A stretch of 64,000 nt of DNA from Styela clava (lineage: Eukaryota). The position numbers and the translations under genes were made by a program. Positions within the stretch are counted from its first letter, which is position 1. The number at the start of each line of letters is the position of its first letter. This document shows positions 39,789-51,559 of this stretch, piece by piece. The stretch covers positions 17,050,001 to 17,114,000 of the forward strand of contig NC_135262.1 in the NCBI RefSeq assembly GCF_964204865.1. Reading direction: 5' to 3'. The notes under the pieces are model-generated. The model was given only the letters and a program-made list of their open reading frames with translations, was not told the DNA's origin and made no database searches.

Positions 39789-42187
39789 TCTTACCCGAAT
39801 TGTATTTTTGAGTTTTAATTATGTTATTTGAATGCCATTTAATAAAGAAATAAAATGAACTACTTCAGTTGCCGTGTTACAGAAACAATTTGTTTTATAC
39901 GATTGATAAGCAACATCCGGAATTAAGGAGTTGGTGTGCGTATTCAAAAACCTACTCTGCAGAAGGATTAATTGATTCGCACTTGTTAACCACGGATTAT
40001 ATTTAATAGGAATTCGTGTTATGCCATGTGGCGTGCTTAATCAATACTCGGAATAAAAGATAACCTAAATATGTGGAAAAGAAGGCTAATAAATATATAG
40101 GGTCGCTGACGAAGAAGACAATGATACGTTGTAAAATACTTCGCTCGGAAATTTTTGTATTACATCTTGAGTACTATATGCCAAGTAGTAATTATTCTTG
40201 ATGTTGGGACGACATCTTTGTTGAAAAACAAATCGCTCTTATCCCCAACTAATGTATTATTCCAGCGGTTTTCAAACTTCGAAATCCGCTTGCATGCGGT
40301 GGCATTTTGTTGACGTCAAACGTCGAATGAAAAAACGAACCCTTTAGAGCCCACGGGAAGTTTTGAATTATATAAAAGTAAAAGCCTTCTAGCGACAACA
40401 ACATTCTTTAACTTCTGCAAATAATTTCAAAGCAGTTAACCCAGTAGTTCATGAGAAAAGCGATTTGCGACGACTGCATTGTATAAATTTCGAAACGCCA
40501 GTGTCGCAGTTTTGTACGCTTATGTACATTTTTTAAAATCACCTCGCAGTCCGTGTAGAATACGTTCCACAATGCTGCAACTGGCCTGCAATCGAACGTT
40601 AGATCGTGATATGACAGCACTTGTTTCATAAACATTGTTTGTATCCGGTCGTCTATCTGGGAGACCTTGCGGAGAAGAGTGAGAGCAAAACGATGTTTAC
40701 ACCTGAAACGATTTCGAACTTCTGACTCGTACTCGGATTCTAACTGCTGCAATACATAAAAATCATAATGCTTTTAGACGGTGCTCAATTTTTCTATTTT
40801 GTATCAGAAATCACCGCTTAATTGGTTTCTTACCTTTCTGTTATATTTCCTTCCTTTTCTGATTGTTGATCTCTTTATTGCTCCCCTCCATGTGCATAAA
40901 CTATTTTGTTTATTAAATTTGCAATGGATCCGTTGTTAATGTTATGTGTAAGTAGCACTCCCATTTGCACAATAAAGTAGTCGTAACGCGTTTCGTATAA
41001 GCGCACACAAATAATTTTTTGAAACAAGTTCCGTAATCCCACGATCTGAGGCTCGATTGCGGGCGAAGGTGCAGCATTATAAAACGTGTTTCCATTCACT
41101 TGATGCTTATGGCCTTTTAAAGCAATCCCAAAAAAATTATCTATCTACGGTAACAGTTGTTAGTTTGAAATTTCGGCAGAACCTCACGGTACTCACCGAC
41201 AATAAAATTCTGATCATTTTAATTAGATTAGAGCCTTGGGTGCAAGGGCGTGCCAAATTTTCAGCTGCCAAGGGCGAGTTTCTAATAATGATGGCCATCA
41301 TACCCAATTTCAAAAATAATTCAGGGGATAAACAAATTCTAGATGTTGTTATACATGAGAATGAATAAATAAAATGTCAAGTAAGACTGGAATGTTTGTA
41401 TTGTTATTAATTGTATTATCAAACTACGTAGAATTACACTATTAATTATAATGCGATGATATCTTGTACGTAGTGATGAATCATCCTCACGGAATCGGAA
41501 AATAAAAATGAGCAAAATAAGATGGCATGTAAAATATAACTACGACTAGCTTTTGATGAAAGAACATTTATTTTTTGTTGAAGGGAAGAAACCAAAATGT
41601 ATTGTTATGAGTATGATCATCGAGATGCATGGTTATGAAAACCCATCGCAAGATTTCGACTCATTTTTATCATCCGGGCCCGGGAATATTGTTATTAAAA
41701 TTCCGAGATTACGAGAAACAATCCAATATTTAAGCGATATCATTTCGTCCATTTTATTTTTGATTATTTTTACAATACACGATGCCAGCTTGGCCCATGA
41801 AGGTGTACCAGCGTCATATTCATTGAGTTTTCCATGTATGTGAATAATAATTGAATCAACTTCGATACGTTTCCTTTATGCATTGACTGCCGAAATTAAA
41901 AAGGAAAAATCTGTGAACTTTCCTCAGCCATGTATAATTCCGAAAAATACCGATATCGTGAAAGCATAAAATTTACATATGATTATATTACATCAAAATG
42001 GAGCCCGACAAGCATACAGTGGCAATAATGAATTGATTATTTTAGGCTGTAAGAGGTAACGCTTTGCAAAACCCTGACTTTACGCTATTTTCGTTTAATG
42101 ATGGCTTGCGTCGAACAAGAAGTTCTCACAGTAGAAAGCTTATGCCCTATACCGGTAGAGTCGACATATTGAAATCGACTTCGGTTT

Positions 42188-42358
42188 CAAAGTGCAAAAA
42201 AGACAACAAGAGCAATAAAATCGAAAGTGACAAGCAAATCAAAAAAGTCTGACAACAACTCCAAGAAAACGACAAAGAAAACAATAACTAAGCAAAAAGT
42301 GAAAACTTCAAAGAAGACCCAGAAAACGGCAACAAAAAAAATCGACCATGTAAATAGA
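42188..42358 (+). pseudogene. H1: 3' fragment of a subtype-II H1 (tail only)
   Basis: Encodes ...SKSKKSDNNSKKTTKKTITKQKVKTSKKTQK and is followed by the subtype-II 3' flank. The 5' part is cut off at the end of the inverted arm. Confidence 0.85.
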
Positions 42359-43872
42359 TTAGCATTCCGAGATATCATTCATTGTTTTAATTTTGAATGC
42401 ATTATCACTGTTTTATTTTATGCATTACCAATCAAATTCATCAATCCACCAGTGTGAACACCGACTTTTGCTACATTGTGAATCAGTATACCCCTTTCAA
42501 AATCATGCTGGAACAGAAGAAAATTGAGGTTGCGTCTTTTGTCGAGAAATCTATCTTTAGTTTTGCCATAACACCACCCTATTATCAATCAAGATTCAAC
42601 CAATTTCAGCTTACAACTATAATTTTACGCCAATTTGCGACACACATTATCTTTACATCCGCATACATTCGCAACCGCAAACTGCACCAAGGAAAATTGC
42701 ACCCATACATTGGTACTCATATACATATTTCACCCACGTAAATTTGTACCCACGGACATTTGGGGCTATGTGAATCTGCACCCTCGGACATTTGCACCTA
42801 CTTACATTTGAACCCATGGAGTTTTGCACTCGCACGGGGGAATTTTTGTTTTACTTCAACAGTTTGTTGTACCGGGCTCTAGATGTCAAATAACACGATA
42901 AATCTCATATTTAACATCATACTATTTTAATGTTTTCTGGAAAAATCTCAACCACGACGCGAGACGCAAAAAATGCTTTTCGGGCCGCATGCGGCACGTG
43001 GGCCGCGTCTTGAAGACCCCTGCCCTAGGGCCTGGCCATAGGCTATGCTGTTGGTTGAGACCTTCTTATACAATGACATTAATGGCATTATTCCGGTAAA
43101 AACTGATCAATTAAATTATATTATGGTGTTTTGCTTTGGGTAAAGCGGTAAAATTTTTCAAATTTAAACTAATTTATTTATTCGACTATATATATATTTA
43201 ATTTTTGAACCTTCTTAACGGTAAATATATATTTTGGAAAAAAATTATGAAACTAATGGAAATATTAAACAAATATACGTTTTTAAACCGGTTTTATTCT
43301 GGAACAAGCCGTTGAAATGTAAAAACGACTTAAAAATGAATAATAGTTCAAAACTGAATGTCGAGGCCCCTAGGTTTGAGGTTCCTCGGTTTCAATCTTT
43401 TGCCTAATGGTAAAACCGGATCTGTTGTTCGGCACGTTACCAACTCTATATCGCAAATACCCGCTACGGTGAAAAACCAAACTTCTTTTTAAAAATACAA
43501 CAAACCTCCCACGGGAGTATGAAACGTGTTCAAGTTCATATGGAATTATTGCAAAGATTCCCCGAGCATCTTATGAAGTATATCTCGATCTATAGCAAAA
43601 GAGAAGAAGCTGATAAAGCCACGTGCACGAAAAGTGGTGCACAGAGTGAAACAGAAAAACCTCCCTCATTTCAAATTTTTACTATGACAATGCTGTTACA
43701 GGTATTCATTTTTCATGTCCAATATAAGATGAAAATATTTAAGCCTAAATAACCACGTGGAAGAATTTTAAATGAGTTGTAATTTTTTTTCCGTATATAC
43801 TTATATTTTTACAAGTTCGTTTGCGTGTCAAGCACTTGGAAAAAAGTCTTTTATCGGTAAAAATTTAGTTAC

Positions 43873-44736
43873 TCAAATTTTTATCCATCGACGAGTTTGA
43901 AAACCGTTTAGTCCATTTTCATATTCTTTCTTTACATTTTCTGCTTCTCTCTGTGTCCTTGCAACATACCCGTGACTTCCATTGCGATCAACGTATATCG
44001 GATCTCCAATAGCAACAGCGGAGAAGAAGAAAATCACTGCATTTCTGTTTCTTGATCTATTTTCAAATCGTATTTGGTCTCCGTTCACGATATCAGCAGT
44101 ATGGTATTCTTGTACTGTGACGCCGGATGCGTCGACTTCTCCTATCATAACGTACATAAAAGACGTCCACGTTCTTTGTACAGGCTGGATATGAGAGGCT
44201 CCCGGGTTTAATTCGATGTTAAGAATAACGCTTGGCGTTTCTGTTGTCACTTTTGACTGTAGATCGAAGGCTTTTCCGACTAAAAGTTTAATAGTGACAC
44301 CATTCTTCTTTATTATAGGAACATCCTTCGCTCTAGAAAATTGAAATTTAGCTTTTTCTGCCTTATTTTTCTTCGATAAATTAAGCCATAACGTAATACC
44401 ATTTGCTACACCAACGGGAAACTCCGCATGAAGAATACCATTCCCGCATTTCATATTCTGAACGACACCAGGCCCCAAGTACTCGTCGTTTCCGATGTTG
44501 TCAGAATGATGAGTGGCGCCTTGATAGTTATAATTAATAACCTCAAATCCGTAATGGGGATGAAAATCCAAGCCAGAGGGAGAGACGAACACAAAGTGAT
44601 CCATGCGGATGAAGGGATCTTTTTGCGGAAATTCTCTATCTATGGATCCATAAGCTTTTGACAATGTCTGTCCGTAGGTAATATTCGTCACACTTGCGTT
44701 GCCAATACCCTTTAGTCTATTCCACAGAGATATCAT
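43873..44736 (-). CDS. PIR: Pirin-like bicupin protein, copy 1 (287 aa)
   Basis: DPFxxMD, HPHxGFE, HxDxxG and GxGIxHAE motifs, with the three His and one Glu metal ligands retained. C-terminal pirin cupin present. Intronless. Confidence 0.9.
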   Translation of the reverse strand: MISLWNRLKGIGNASVTNITYGQTLSKAYGSIDREFPQKDPFIRMDHFVFVSPSGLDFHPHYGFEVINYNYQGATHHSDNIGNDEYLGPGVVQNMKCGNGILHAEFPVGVANGITLWLNLSKKNKAEKAKFQFSRAKDVPIIKKNGVTIKLLVGKAFDLQSKVTTETPSVILNIELNPGASHIQPVQRTWTSFMYVMIGEVDASGVTVQEYHTADIVNGDQIRFENRSRNRNAVIFFFSAVAIGDPIYVDRNGSHGYVARTQREAENVKKEYENGLNGFQTRRWIKI

Positions 44737-45105
44737 TACTAGCGAGTAACCTTTATATCGTATTTTTCGAAATTCACTCTTTATTATGAGTTGTGATACA
44801 CTCCACAAACTAAAAAGAGATCGAAGTTTTAAACTTTGAATTTTGTATTTTGTGTATTTCATACAAACAGGCAGACAATAAAACGCTAGATTTCATCGTG
44901 GCTGACATATATATACCGGTAACGGATGTTTTGCATTGCAGACATAACATAAAACTTGCACAAACGCCAATCAATGTTGCGTATGATGTAATATATACAA
45001 TATCAGTATAGTGTATTCCTAACCTTCTCTACACAGTCCAGCAACATAGGAAGTTTTCTTCGCGACCCGGCAGCGAAAATTAAAATAAATGGAACAAGAG
45101 ATAAA

Positions 45106-45398
45106 CTAGAATTCGGTTGGAAACCGAAGACTTATCGATCGAAGGTTAGGGATCCCCCCAAAACAGTGGTCTTACTCCATAGTGACACCGTGTGTCCCAT
45201 CACTAATTAATTAATACCTCGCTAATTATACGACATAATTCATCCAGTATCAATAGGCTTCTGATTCGAGCTATGATGAATGCACATGCAAAATCTGCAG
45301 CAGATCTAACCTCGCTTTCGTGAGATATCGCGTACATCTAACACACAGACAGACAAATACCTATCAACATACTTACCGATCTTAAGATCGATAAGTAA
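45106..45398 (-). mobile_element. HINE/DINE-1-like element
   Basis: Near-identical reverse complement of 34507-34817. Confidence 0.75.
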
Positions 45399-46149
45399 TA
45401 ATAACGTTTATTCGTGCAGCATTGTGTAATATTTTGCTCTTGAGGTCAAATAACACGATAAATCTTATAGTTAACATTATACTATTTTAATGTTTTCTGG
45501 AAAAATCTCAACCACGAGGGCCGTAAAAAATGCTCTTCGGGGCGCATGCGGCCCGTGGGCCGCGTCTTAGAGACCTCTGCCCTAGGACCTGGCCATGGGC
45601 TATGCTGTTGGTTGAGACCTTCTTATACAATGACATTAGAGGCATTATTCCGGTAAAAACTGATCAATTAATATTTATCGTGTTTTGCTTAGGTTAAAGC
45701 GGTAACATTTTTCCAATTTAAAGTAATTTATTTATTAGACCGTATTTAATTTTTAAACCTTTTTAACGGTAAATACATATTTTGGAAAAAAATTATGAAA
45801 CTAATAAAAATATTAAACAAATTTCCGTTTTTAATCTGGAACAAGCCGTTAAAATGTAAAAACGATTTAAAAATGAAGAGAAGAAGCTGATAAAGTCACG
45901 TGCTCGAAAAGTGGTGCACAGAGTGAAACAGAAAAACCTCCCTCTTTTTAAATTTTTACTATGACAATGCTGTTGCAGGTATTCACTTCTTATGTCCAGT
46001 ATAAGATGAAAATATTTAAGCCTGAATAACCATGTGGAAGAATTTTAAATAAGTTGTGACTTTTTTCCGTATATACTTATATTTTTACAAGTTCGTTTGC
46101 GTGTCAAGCACTTGGAAAGAATGTCTTTTATCGCTAAAAATTAAGTTAC

Positions 46150-47013
46150 TCAAATTTTTATCCATCGACGAGTTTGAAAACCGTTTAGTCCATTTTCATA
46201 TTCTTTCTTTACATTTTCTGCTTCTCTCTGTGTCCTTGCAACATACCCGTGACTTCCATTGCGATCAACGTATATCGGATCTCCAATAGCAACAGCGGAG
46301 AAGAAGAAAATCACTGCATTTCTGTTTCTTGATCTATTTTCAAATCGTATTTGGTCTCCGTTCACGATATCAGCAGTATGGTATTCTTGTACTGTGACGC
46401 CGGATGCGTCGACTTCTCCTATCATAACGTACATAAAAGACGTCCACGTTCTTTGTACTGGCTGGATATGAGAGGCTCCCGGGTTTAATTCGATGTTAAG
46501 AATAACGCTTGGCGTTTCTGTTGTCACTTTTGACTGTAGATCGAAGGCTTTTCCGACTAAAAGTTTAATGGTGACACCATTCTTCTTTATTTTAGGAACA
46601 TCCTTCGCTCTAGAAAATTGAAATTTAGCTTTTTCTGCCTTATTTTTCTTCGATAAATTGAGCCATAACGTAATGCCATTTGCTACACCCACGGGAAACT
46701 CTGCATGAAGAATACCATTCCCGCATTTCATATTCTGAACGAAACCAGGCCCCAAGTACTCGTCGTTTCCGATGTTGTCAGAATGTTGAGTGGCGCCTTG
46801 ATAGTTATAATTAATACTCTCAAATCCGTAATGGGGATGAAAATCCAAGCCAGAGGGAGAGACGAACACAAAGTGATCCATGCGGATGAAGGGATCTTTT
46901 TGCGGAAATTCTCTATCTATGGATCCATAAGCTTTTGACAATGTCTGTCCGTAGGTGATATTCATCACACTTGCGTCGCCAATACCCTTTAGTCTATTCC
47001 ACAGAGATATCAT
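46150..47013 (-). CDS. PIR: Pirin-like bicupin protein, copy 2 (287 aa)
   Basis: Same motifs as copy 1, with six amino-acid differences. Confidence 0.9.
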   Translation of the reverse strand: MISLWNRLKGIGDASVMNITYGQTLSKAYGSIDREFPQKDPFIRMDHFVFVSPSGLDFHPHYGFESINYNYQGATQHSDNIGNDEYLGPGFVQNMKCGNGILHAEFPVGVANGITLWLNLSKKNKAEKAKFQFSRAKDVPKIKKNGVTIKLLVGKAFDLQSKVTTETPSVILNIELNPGASHIQPVQRTWTSFMYVMIGEVDASGVTVQEYHTADIVNGDQIRFENRSRNRNAVIFFFSAVAIGDPIYVDRNGSHGYVARTQREAENVKKEYENGLNGFQTRRWIKI

Positions 47014-47140
47014 TACTAGCGAGTAACCTTTATATCGTGTTTTTCGAAATCCACTGTTTATTATGAGTTGTGATTACACCCACAAACTAAAAAGAGATCG
47101 AAGTTTTAAACTTTGAATTTTGTGTATATCATACAAGCAG

Positions 47141-47375
47141 CAGAATATCGGTCAGAGACCGAAGACTTATCGATCGAAAGTTAGGGAATCCCCCAAAACA
47201 GCGCTCTTACTCCATAGTGACACCTTGTGTCCAATCACTAATTAATTAGTAACTCGCTAATTATACGACATAATTCGCCCAAAATCAATAGACTTCTGGT
47301 CCAAGATATGATGAATGCACATGCAAAATCTGGAGCAGATTCAATCTCGCTTTCGTGAGATATTGCGTGCATCTA

Positions 47376-47423
<48 letters not shown>

Positions 47424-47485
47424 TAATACAGACAGACAAACAAATACCTATCAACATACTTACCGATCTTAAGATCGATAAGTAA
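47141..47485 (-). mobile_element. HINE/DINE-1-like element with expanded (GACA)n microsatellite
   Basis: Same architecture as 45106-45398 but more diverged. (AGAC)n tract at 47378-47440. Confidence 0.75.
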
Positions 47486-48887
47486 TAAGAACGTTTATTC
47501 GTGCAGCATAGTGTAACATTTTGGCAATGACTATAGAGCTCGAATCGATAAGTAATAATAACGTTTATTCGTGCAGCATAGTGTAACATTTTGGCAATGA
47601 CTATAGAGCTCGAATAAACATCACGCAACACAAATCATTTTGAAGTAATCATTTGTCAATTATGCTCTAATAATTTGATGTTCGTAATAATTTATTTTTG
47701 CGTAAAATTTGAAAGCATTATTCGCGCGAGGGTGATTTTTATACGGTATAATTTCGTTTTGGAACAACTGGACAGTAAAGGAAACAGAAAGCGACATAAT
47801 TGTCTAATGGCCAAGTATGACACATGTTGCGGATTATCGTTGGGAATGTCTGATTTAGTATAATAGTATACGAATGGGTGCACGCACATAGCTTGCGCTG
47901 TTAAAATAATATATCACGTGGCGGTTTTATGCAAATAAACATCACATATAGCTCTTGCCCTAAAATCGACTTCCTAATGTTAACTGGCCCAGATGTTAAA
48001 TGCATGGTCCGCAATGTCTTGACTGAAATATTCGCCCGAGCCACCATATTATGCATTTTTAAAAATAGCTAGAATATTTGATGGAAGATCCAAGGAGTAA
48101 AATACACAACCACTGCATATACCAATTGCATTGGAGATCAAATTGATAATTCTATTCGGCAATGAACAAACTGAGGAAAATTACTTTTAAGCCATTGTTT
48201 TGAAACCATATAACGCAGATTTTTTAAATTCATCCACTAATGTGTTTGTACACATAGTACAAGAATTGCTAAATCTGAAATAGCGAATTTAGTACCAAAC
48301 TGCATTAAATAAATGTTTTTTTTTGCGCGGTCCATCAACCTCGGGGTAAACCTTTTTACAAGCGGACAACGTTAAAACTTTCTATGCTTAAAAAATAAAT
48401 TCGACTTGCGATTATGTCCTGCTACTGTATAGAGCTTCAAAGTTAACTTCAAGGTAGAACCCGACGAAGCCTAAATAAATAAAAACAACTTGCATGCAAT
48501 AACATCATACGCGCTCATCTTGCGTTTTTCTATTGATCGTTATTCTATCGAGCGTCTGCACTCTAGAATCTTTGGTGTTATTGAGAAAATTTGGACCACT
48601 TTGTAATTGAAACATATAACGTAACACCCGATAATGTTGGTAAAATTGGAGCTAAAATTATTGCTAAGGTATTCACCGTTTTTTTTGCTTATAACAATTA
48701 TAAAATTCCGGGAGTTTTTATGTGCACTCACTGCATATCTGCTGCAATGCCCAAAAGAATACGTCACCAAATTCGTCACATCTTACCATACATTCCGAGT
48801 GAATTAAAAACAACTTTGTTTTGACATGCTTGACACTTTTGGCATACGTGCTCCTATTTTGTTTTGCTATCGATCGGTAGGACAGCT

Positions 48888-48975
48888 CGATGGGGTTGGT
48901 AACGTGCCATACGTATTCTGCCAAGAATATGCATATTTCTGACTGTATATGTATATCACGTTACCAACCCCACTC
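48888..48975. mobile_element. 88-bp MITE with 8-bp TSD
   Basis: TIR cgatggggttggtaacgtg / cacgttaccaaccccactc; TSD ggacagct on both sides. Confidence 0.8.
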
Positions 48976-51559
48976 GGACAGCTTGCATTATGACCGTATA
49001 TGAAATGCATATATCATCCGAATATTTATTGTTTGCTATTTCATCGGCCATAATTTCTGCAATACAGATCGTAGATTTGAAAGCAAAATTTGTAATAACC
49101 GGTGAATGTAAAATAGAAAGCGCGGATCCATATATTGCTACATTTCATTTTGCGCCTTTACAGAAACTTACAGCAGCCGCGTTCCAGCTACTTGTTAAAC
49201 ATCTCACAGCCCTTTAACGGTAACAACTCTTACATCGAAGCTCAAGATAGGTTACCAAATAGTACCTGCGAGCCACGTCCGACCCAAATGCTTCTATGGC
49301 CGCGTATTATGTTGTTTCAGTTTTATAAAACTTGCAGTAAGGGGGATAAAATATGACGAGAAAAAAAAATGGTCATAAAATTTGCAGCAAATAATTTGAA
49401 AAATTTGTAAATAACAGTAAACATAGATTAATTCACTGAGTCATTCAGAGTTACCAGATTCAATGCGGCCGGTTATTCTAGAATTAGACTCCTTGCACTT
49501 ATTATTGTTTGCCCGACTTACTTAACAGCGAGCAATTTGATAGGCGACACTGTCGAGTACCCGTACGGGGGAGGCGGACAACTCGACTACACGGACAACT
49601 CATCAGAGACAACTCGACTACCTAGAGGCCTGGTGAGTTGTCTGTCTTTTGGCATTTTCTGCGGTGGTGTTTTAGGTCTATAGAAATGCGTTTTTGATAT
49701 TTTTAGTGCTCAAGTGTTGAGAAAAACACATAATATGCTCTAGAAAGCATTTTTATTTGTATAAGTGGCTTATTTTGATCATGTTGTATTAATAAAAATA
49801 CAGTCTACAGACGAAATTGGAGTAACGTTAGCGAAGTTTGACTGTTGACTTATAAAACTGTGTTCGTTTAATTTTTTGAACTTTATTGGTATTAAATGTT
49901 TTGAATGAGCACGTTTAAATATATTAAAACCTTTATACTTCACAGTAACACTTAAATATTGATGAATGTGAGCTCAGTAGTCTATGGTTGCAGTAGTCTA
50001 AACTCGCCTACGGCAGTCGCCCGACATGCCGTCAACTCACCAGTCGAGCAAACGCTCTGCGACGTGAAGTCATCGATGCTCGAGGTGAAGACAACTCGAC
50101 TACCGAGCAACGAGAGGCAGACAACTCACCAGTCGAGCAATCGCTCTGCGATATCGATGCTCGAAGAGAAGACCTTGCTTTGCAAAACGCAGACTCAAAG
50201 GTTGCATAGCATTTACTTAGTGCCGACTGATATTAGTTGTAAGCCAACTCACCACGGCAAGGTTTCAGTCATAGAGTTGGAATTTCTTTTTGCAGAAGAA
50301 AACCAGGAACAGATAGGCACTGTCGCTGCGCCTGGCAAAGAAACTGGGCCGAAGAATGGATAGAAGATGTTTACTTTTTGTTACGATTAATGAATTTAAT
50401 ATGATATTTGAATACTAAACGTTATGGGGGAATTTAATGGATGGAAGGTTTTGTTTTCTTTTTCATTACGAATAATGAATTTTATTTGAATACTAAACGT
50501 TATGGGAAATTTGCTGCGTTACATACTTACTCTTTGCAATACTGCGGCCCGTAGATCCTTGAACACCTTCGAAGAAGAGAGTCCACAGATAACTCTCCTT
50601 CCTTGTTCTGTTCCCAGACACGTTGCGCCCTCTCGTTGGCTTCCGCATACCTGCCGTTGACACGCTCCACAACGTCCGTCTCTATCCCTATACTTACCTC
50701 GTACATTGTTAAGATTAAACTTTAAAAAGGCATATTTTTCCGAATTATACTGTTAAAATGGCGGTGCCAACCATTCCAGATCATTGTTGGTTCTTATTTC
50801 TACGTCGAATACTGACCAATCATTGGGAGTCCAGATACTGTTGTATAGCTATAGCCATGTGTTTTGAAAATATTCGGCGAAGATCTTGAGTTTGCATCTT
50901 TTCTTTCAGTGATTTGAATCTGGACGTAATAAACATGGCTGGTATATAGCACAGCGCCATGGCATGCTTGATCAGGTCTCTTGTTCCAGCGTCCCTAAAA
51001 CAAAATAAAAACATGTTAATACAAAAGAAGTGAAAGATGTACAAAGACATATATAAATATGGTTAACCACTCACTTGTTGTATAGGCGAGCCAAATTATT
51101 GTGACACACATTCTTCATGATGGCCTGAGCGAAGTGATATCCATCGGTGATAATGAAGCCGCGCGCCGAGATTACTGCTCGGTTATCACCGAGTTTAAAG
51201 CCTCATTATCGCCGACCTGATATCTTACAAACGTAAATACTCATTAGCCGAGGTCGTTTTCATCACGGTTTTATACTGAAACGAGGACGACTAACGGTAT
51301 ATTAACTCCACAAAAACTACGCAAGAATTCAAGATGACTACTCCAAATATGTGACGACAACGTTTCCATGAAGCAGGAGGGACTCATCTGTGACGTCTGT
51401 TGAAATTGGTTTCATCGCAAGTGTTTTAATAATTCAGATGTGGCAATGACACGGGAACAGTACAGCCTATTAAAAAAAACAGGACGTAACGTTTGAGTGG
51501 AAGTGCCTGGACTGCTACCAGGCCCATGACACCCATCATGACTCCAATCCGATTGTTGT

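Larger units (their letters stand above)
42885..47140. repeat. Tandem duplication carrying the pirin gene
   Basis: Unit starts gtcaaataacacgataaatc at 42885 and 45445. The coding regions are almost identical and offset by 2277 bp. Confidence 0.9.

Noticed and set aside
48540-48924. Overlapping short ORFs that might be a transposase remnant
   Set aside because: No convincing catalytic motif or terminal repeats.
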